A stretch of DNA of 64,000 bases from a virus, in IMG/VR virus record IMGVR_UViG_3300013286_000725, positions 41,824 through 105,823 of that record; one strand, given 5' to 3'. The notes below the pieces were generated by a model. That model saw only the letters and a program-made list of their open reading frames with translations, had not been told where the DNA came from and ran no database searches. Below are positions 58,801 to 64,000 of the stretch, piece by piece. The translations under genes and the position numbers were made by a program. Each line of letters starts with the position of its first letter. The stretch's first letter is position 1.

Positions 58801-58807
58801 ATAAATA
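58801..58807 (+). promoter_or_regulatory. Late promoter ATAAATA, 5 nt before ATG
   Basis: ATAAATA-CACAT-ATG(58813). Confidence 0.6.
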
Positions 58808-58812
58808 CACAT

Positions 58813-60057
58813 ATGAAAGTTTATGATATCATCTCTGAAGAAAAACAACAACTAAATGAATTCGTACCTCTTTTGATTGGCGGCCTTACGATTGGCGGTA
58901 TATTGACCGCCATAAACTTAGGTATAAGTGCTTGGGGTGCTTATGATATCTATCAGTTTGTAAAAAAGTATAATGACGATCCTGACAAAATTACAGACGA
59001 TGAGTGGGGCGATCTTTGGATAGATGCCGCACTATTATTTGCACCTGCAATAGGTAAATTTGGTAGAGCTGCATTTGTCAAAGTGCTTCCTAAATCTTGG
59101 ATTATCAAAGGTGGCGCTTGGTTCAAACGATCAGTATTAAAAATATATGCCAAGTCAGCTACCAAAGGGCTTGCTGGCGCAGATCGAATCAAAGCATTAA
59201 AGGCTATTGCTAAAGAAAGTAGATCAGTTGCATCTGCGCAAAAATCTATCAATGCATTAGGCACTGCATGGAAAATAATACAAACTTTAGGTATTAGTGT
59301 AGTTGGATACAACTACTGGACTGAACTATCTGCGCTGGATGAAGAATTTAGAAAATTCAAAGGTGGAGATAAGACCACTAAGATATTTGGTAATTCTACA
59401 GACAGTGATGCGTATGAGGTCTATCTTGACCTACATGCAAAGATACTTGGAGAGTTGACTATTGCTGTTGGTGGCTTTGTAGGCGGAATGGCTGTGGGCA
59501 AGACTATTGGCTTCCTGGGTAACTTTATAGGGAAGACACCTGTAGTTGGTTGGGCTGTCAAAATACCTTTTGATATAGCTTCCGGACTAGCTAAAATGAT
59601 GGGCAACACTAGTGTTTATATTCCCCTGTTCATGGCCACTGATGCTGGCAAAAAGTTCATGGAAAGCGGAATTATAACTTTGATCACCAAAGGTATCGGA
59701 CATATGGAACAAGGTGCTATAGAATTGCTATCTAAAGCATTAGAAGAAATAGGTGTGTCAAAGGGTGTAACTGATAAAATACCTGGAAAAACAGAAGAGC
59801 CGCCTGCTAGTGTGCAGGCTAACGATGCCGAATCTGACAAATATATCAAAACTGGTCAAGGTAATCCTGCACTTAGAAAACGCACTGTTGGCAAGCAAAT
59901 CTATATTGGCAATGTACTAGTAACCGACGACGATGGCTATCTATTACCCAGCGTTGGAAGTCGAATTCAAGATATACAAGACAAGGCAAAGATAGTAGGA
60001 GAGCCGGATCCTACAGCGGGTATACCTAAGAAGCCCGGTGTTGATTACACCAACTGA
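58813..60057 (+). CDS. Probable capsid-packaged protein with hydrophobic helices
   Basis: Start MKVYDIISE at 58813 (track start 58732 lies in the RNA region); several Gly-rich hydrophobic segments. Confidence 0.65.
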   Translation: MKVYDIISEEKQQLNEFVPLLIGGLTIGGILTAINLGISAWGAYDIYQFVKKYNDDPDKITDDEWGDLWIDAALLFAPAIGKFGRAAFVKVLPKSWIIKGGAWFKRSVLKIYAKSATKGLAGADRIKALKAIAKESRSVASAQKSINALGTAWKIIQTLGISVVGYNYWTELSALDEEFRKFKGGDKTTKIFGNSTDSDAYEVYLDLHAKILGELTIAVGGFVGGMAVGKTIGFLGNFIGKTPVVGWAVKIPFDIASGLAKMMGNTSVYIPLFMATDAGKKFMESGIITLITKGIGHMEQGAIELLSKALEEIGVSKGVTDKIPGKTEEPPASVQANDAESDKYIKTGQGNPALRKRTVGKQIYIGNVLVTDDDGYLLPSVGSRIQDIQDKAKIVGEPDPTAGIPKKPGVDYTN

Positions 60058-60059
60058 TT

Positions 60060-60293
60060 TTAAATCCAGGGCAACTTAGTTGCTTTGGTTGTTTCAATAT
60101 TTTCCGTAATAATATCATTCATGATTTTACGATCTTCAAAAGAGTAAACATGAAATAGGTCATGGCTACTAACACCACCTCGCATATACCAACTGATTCT
60201 AAAAATTTCGTCTTTTAGAGCTTTGGTATGTGTTTCATACCCTTCAATAAACTTTTCTATCTCAGAGTTCGGCAGTGTTTGTAGCCTTATTCG
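60060..60293 (-). CDS. -1 frameshift extension (gp51-like / lambda T-like segment) of the upstream gene; not in ORF track
   Basis: 77 open codons RIRLQTLPNS...SWYMRGGVS...KLPWI* starting at the T TTT TTC heptamer. Confidence 0.7.
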   Translation of the reverse strand, partial: RIRLQTLPNSEIEKFIEGYETHTKALKDEIFRISWYMRGGVSSHDLFHVYSFEDRKIMNDIITENIETTKATKLPWI

Positions 60294-61099
60294 AAAAAAT
60301 TTGATTGATCCATCGTGATAGTAGTTTTATCTTGATGATGGCAATCGGAGCATTCTACTTGTAGATCAGGCATGGCCCAGACATCTTTATTTGCCTCAAG
60401 AAAGTCTTTGATCTGTTTATATTGATCTCTGCTCATGTGACTTAACCATTCAAGTATATGTTCTTTTTCAGAAACTTTTCCATCTGGCATGTCTACAGAT
60501 TCAATACTGGCCAATAATACTTTTAATTGTATATCAGCTAATTTAGCATAGATTTCGTCTATGTATCCCTGTTTAGTTTCTTCAGTAACATTGGCCAATT
60601 GTGCTAGCATACGCTGTAGAGTAAAATTTTCTACATTAAATCCAGTAACTTCGTTGTAGTTTAATGGTCTAATATTGATGGTTAAATCGCCTAACGGTAG
60701 TCTACTGTTAAACACTTTGTCTTTGTAATTTTCAATTACAGCACCTAAATCCACATCAAAATTGTCTTCGTGCCCGCAATTAACACAGGTGTTGACAATG
60801 GTCATTTTTTCACCAAAAGTAGCCATTCTGATAGCAACTAGCAAGGTATCAGTATCTAAACTAGGAACAACTGTGGCGTCTTTAATATACGGGCAACAGG
60901 ATTCAATTAACTTGATTGATGCTTCGCCGTTAAACAGGGCGTCAGGCGTTTTCATAATGACCTCGTCCATACCAGTCATGGCAAAAATAGGCACATTACT
61001 GCTGTCGCCCTGTAAGGTTCCTTCGGGATAGAACAATCCCTTGCTGGGAAGACTGATATAAATTTTAGGTTGTCTAAAATATTTTTGTAATGGATTCAT
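60287..61099 (-). CDS. gp26-like baseplate hub/tail assembly chaperone
   Basis: NPLQKYFRQPKIYISLPSKG, MTGMDE, two CxxC motifs, ends DQSNFFE. Confidence 0.75.
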   Translation of the reverse strand: MNPLQKYFRQPKIYISLPSKGLFYPEGTLQGDSSNVPIFAMTGMDEVIMKTPDALFNGEASIKLIESCCPYIKDATVVPSLDTDTLLVAIRMATFGEKMTIVNTCVNCGHEDNFDVDLGAVIENYKDKVFNSRLPLGDLTINIRPLNYNEVTGFNVENFTLQRMLAQLANVTEETKQGYIDEIYAKLADIQLKVLLASIESVDMPDGKVSEKEHILEWLSHMSRDQYKQIKDFLEANKDVWAMPDLQVECSDCHHQDKTTITMDQSNFFE

Positions 61100-61115
61100 G
61101 GTATTTTGGCTCTCG

Positions 61116-61143
61116 ATAAATATAATTGCACAATATATTTATA
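61116..61143. promoter_or_regulatory. Overlapping divergent late promoters
   Basis: ATAAATA on + (61116-61122) and TATAAATA on - (61136-61143). Confidence 0.65.
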
Positions 61144-61168
61144 TACGCACATTTCTGGAAGAAAATAA

Positions 61169-64000
61169 ATGGCAAAGTTAGACAATGACGACTACACAGC
61201 GATAGGTAACGCTATTGCTAACGCTTTGGGTAAAAGCAACAGCTTTCAGGGTGGCGGACAACAAACAACAGCGGCACCCAGTGCGTCTGCGTTAGACACT
61301 AGCAGTGCTGAAAAGTTTGGCCAAAGTTTAAAGAAAGCAACTAGTGACGGAGTTGACGGGTTTGGTAATGCTGTTAAAAATTCAACTGGAACACTTGGCG
61401 AATTAAGCAAGCGTGGCCAAAACTTCAGTAATGATCTTGTAGGAATGAACACCGCGGCTGCTCATAGCCGTGTAGGATTAAATGATTTTGCAGGAGTAGT
61501 TGCTGAAAACGGCAAAGGTCTAGCAGGGCTCGGCGGGTCTGTTACCCGTGGTGCAGAAGCTTTTGGTAAGTTAAGTAAAGGATTCTTTGACAGTAGGATG
61601 GCTGATGAGCTCCAGCAGATGGGCTACAGTGCAAAAGATCTTAATCAAGTTCTAGCTATACAAGCAAGTACGCAACGATCAACACTGGGTAATGATGCTA
61701 CTAGTAGAAAAGCCAGTTACGAATCTGCCGCCAGTTTGGCCAAAGAAATGGATCTTATCAGCAAGCTAACTGGTAAGAATCGTGAAGAGCAGATGGAAGA
61801 AGCCAAGAAACGGGCTGCAGACGGACAAGTAGAAGCCAAGTTACGACTTATTGGTATTGAGCAAGGTGCTGACGCAGAGAAAGCAGCCAGAGCTAACTTT
61901 CAAGAACAATTTGCCAAAGCCGAAGCTCGCGGACAAGGACAAATGGCCAAAGAGCTGTTTGCCACAGGCACAGTGACCAGTCAAGAAGCCGCAACACAGT
62001 TTGCGTTAACGGGAGAGGCTGCTCAAAAATTAGCACAGCAAATGGATCATCTTGGCAAAGGTAATATTGAAGCCGCCAATGCCGCAAGCAAAGAAGCTGA
62101 TGCCGCCAATGCTAAAAATCAAAGAGATCCTACACTGCTAAGATTAGCCACATTAGGTTCTGCCGCAGGCGATGCCGGCATGATCATGAAGAAGAATGTT
62201 GAAGACAACATGGCACTTCATGACTCAGTAGTTGCATATGCCAAAGCAAATGGTATAGCATTAAACTCAGTAAAAGATTTTGGCAAAGCACTTGACGGTG
62301 TTAGGACTGATCTAAAGGCAAGCCAACTAGGCCAACGACAAGTGGGTAACGATGTTGCTAAAGCTGACGGTAAGTACACCGATGTTAGTGGACTCAACAG
62401 GGGAGTAGTAGCTACTAGAGTAGCTGGACAGGAAGTTGGTTCAGGTGTTGCTCAAGCAGTTGAAGCCAAAGACCAAAACGGCCGAAGTATTGCTGGGAAT
62501 TTGAATCAAGGCGGCCGAGCAGTCGAGTCTGCTATAGGTAGTTTATCTCCTAATCAAAGCCTAGGACGAACAATTGGAGAAGCAGCCGAGAAAGGTGCTG
62601 CTACAGGCGGCAAAGAAGGTGGAGCAATAGGCGGAGCAACTGCATTAACTGTTGGAGTTTTTAATAAATCAACTGACACATTTGACAGTGCTGTTAAAAC
62701 TTTTGCTATAGGGATAAAAAGTTTTGCATTTGGCGCACCAAAAACAACTCCTCCAGCGCCTGCAGTCGCACCAGCTAATGGACAAGTCCCACAACTAGCA
62801 GACGGCGGAGTTGTTACACCAAAATTAGGCGGAACAATAGTTAATGTAGGAGAAGGCGGCAAATCTGAAGCAGTTATTCCGTTAGATAAACTGCCTGGAA
62901 TGATTGGTGCCAAGACCAGTATCAGTTCATCAACACCTGCACCTGGTTACGGTATTCAAGGACAGATGGGACAAATGTCTGTGAGCATGGACCGTTCTGC
63001 ACTGAGAACAGACGACCAGAAGAAAGTGTTTGATGAGATAATGACTCTCAACACTAAATCTTCTCAAGAGAAATTAGCATCATTAAAAGCAGAGCAAGCG
63101 GCAGCTCATGCGGCAAACAAAGCATCAACTGATGCAATTGATGCAATGGAAGAGAAATTAGAAGCTGAAGGAAAAGGCTTTAAAGATCTTGCAGGCGCAC
63201 AAAAAGCTGAATATGAAGCTCTTAGAACACAACAGCGAGAATCTTATGATGCATCTGACAAAGGCAGAGAAGCAATCAAAGCTGCCGAACGAGCAGTTCA
63301 AGCTAAACAGAATTTAGAAAAATTAGGTTACGAACAAACTTTTGCCAACGAAGAACAAAAAGCAAAAATTGTTGAAGAGTCTAGCCAAAAGATCAAAGCT
63401 GATATCGCTGAAGCATTGCCAGTAAAAACCATTGAAGACAGTGCTGAAAAAACCAAAACAGTACTGACAGCACATCAAGAAACTACCTTAAAGTATGCTT
63501 ACCAAGATACCGAAGGCAAGAAGATGCAGTTGGATAATCAGAAAAATCTGATCAAAGGTGAAATCAATTCAATTGCTGAGAAGAATCAACAGATTGCAGA
63601 TATACAGAAAGAAGCAGATGGCAGAGAACTGTCTGAGAGAGAAAAGAATCGTATTGAAAGAATACAAAAAGAAATTGAAGCTGGTAAAGAAACTCTCAAA
63701 ATAAGAGAAGAAGATCTCGAAGTATATCAAAATCTTGACAAGCTGTCTGCAGAGCGTGGACTAAAAGAACAACAGGAAACTGCCAAGAAAGAAGCTGAGA
63801 TTAAAGATCAACAGATGCTGGACAAGATCAAAGCAGATGTTGCAGCCGGCGGCTCTCAAGAATTAACAGTTAACGGTAAAGCAGTGGATCCTGGTAGTGA
63901 AGAAGGTAAAACAGCCGCAGCTCAAATGAATACTGCATTAGCCGATATGGCCAAAAATATGCCCAATCCTGCTGATTTGATGTCAGGCGGCGGCACTTTG
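61169..64000 (+). CDS. Tape measure-like protein (runs off 3' end; not in ORF track)
   Basis: ATG 61169 MAKLDNDDY...; Ala/Gly/Lys/Glu-rich helical sequence (EMDLISKLTGKNREEQ; LADGGVVT..VGEGG.SEAVIPLDKL); no stop seen before window end. Confidence 0.8.
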   Translation, partial: MAKLDNDDYTAIGNAIANALGKSNSFQGGGQQTTAAPSASALDTSSAEKFGQSLKKATSDGVDGFGNAVKNSTGTLGELSKRGQNFSNDLVGMNTAAAHSRVGLNDFAGVVAENGKGLAGLGGSVTRGAEAFGKLSKGFFDSRMADELQQMGYSAKDLNQVLAIQASTQRSTLGNDATSRKASYESAASLAKEMDLISKLTGKNREEQMEEAKKRAADGQVEAKLRLIGIEQGADAEKAARANFQEQFAKAEARGQGQMAKELFATGTVTSQEAATQFALTGEAAQKLAQQMDHLGKGNIEAANAASKEADAANAKNQRDPTLLRLATLGSAAGDAGMIMKKNVEDNMALHDSVVAYAKANGIALNSVKDFGKALDGVRTDLKASQLGQRQVGNDVAKADGKYTDVSGLNRGVVATRVAGQEVGSGVAQAVEAKDQNGRSIAGNLNQGGRAVESAIGSLSPNQSLGRTIGEAAEKGAATGGKEGGAIGGATALTVGVFNKSTDTFDSAVKTFAIGIKSFAFGAPKTTPPAPAVAPANGQVPQLADGGVVTPKLGGTIVNVGEGGKSEAVIPLDKLPGMIGAKTSISSSTPAPGYGIQGQMGQMSVSMDRSALRTDDQKKVFDEIMTLNTKSSQEKLASLKAEQAAAHAANKASTDAIDAMEEKLEAEGKGFKDLAGAQKAEYEALRTQQRESYDASDKGREAIKAAERAVQAKQNLEKLGYEQTFANEEQKAKIVEESSQKIKADIAEALPVKTIEDSAEKTKTVLTAHQETTLKYAYQDTEGKKMQLDNQKNLIKGEINSIAEKNQQIADIQKEADGRELSEREKNRIERIQKEIEAGKETLKIREEDLEVYQNLDKLSAERGLKEQQETAKKEAEIKDQQMLDKIKADVAAGGSQELTVNGKAVDPGSEEGKTAAAQMNTALADMAKNMPNPADLMSGGGTL

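Noticed and set aside
58435-58812. ORF 58435-58647 (-) and the 58732-58812 extension as coding sequence
   Set aside because: No RBS or protein-like features; better explained by RNA structure, and the late motif supports ATG 58813.
880-62913. Many short antisense or alternate-frame ORFs in the track (e.g. 14508-15008, 15676-16350, 12305-12775, 47522-47929, 62554-62913)
   Set aside because: Nested in well-supported genes with no motifs or RBS; shadow ORFs.
1-64000. Stop-codon reassignment
   Set aside because: Genes up to 13 kb are intact in the standard code and coding density is high.

Overview
A 64-kb segment of a large T4-related (myovirus-type) dsDNA phage genome in the standard genetic code. 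No tRNA, rRNA or CRISPR array was seen. Layout: (1) + strand, 1-19003: 3' end of a family-B DNA polymerase, a probable sliding clamp, an extended 7-deazaguanine DNA-modification cluster (DpdA/TGT-like, QueD-like, FolE, QueE, plus glycosyltransferase, cupin, PRTase and HIT genes), RNase H-like exonuclease, MoxR AAA+/VWA-metallopeptidase pair and ThyX. (2) - strand, 19049-52908: baseplate and tail-fibre module with a 4360-aa wedge-like protein. (3) + strand, 52984-60057: gp55-like late sigma, a free-standing GIY-YIG homing endonuclease, gp47/gp46, a small GIY-YIG nuclease followed by a ~470-nt densely structured non-coding region, and a probable capsid-packaged membrane protein. (4) A gp26-like gene with an apparent programmed -1 frameshift, divergent from a tape-measure gene that runs off the right end. 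Top leads: the GIY-YIG-linked structured RNA, the G/GT-type frameshift, the deazaguanine cluster with possible tailoring enzymes and a clamp-binding-like tail on DpdA, and an insertion scar that replaced a gene's 5' end and created a consensus promoter. All family calls come from motif recognition by eye, not database searches.
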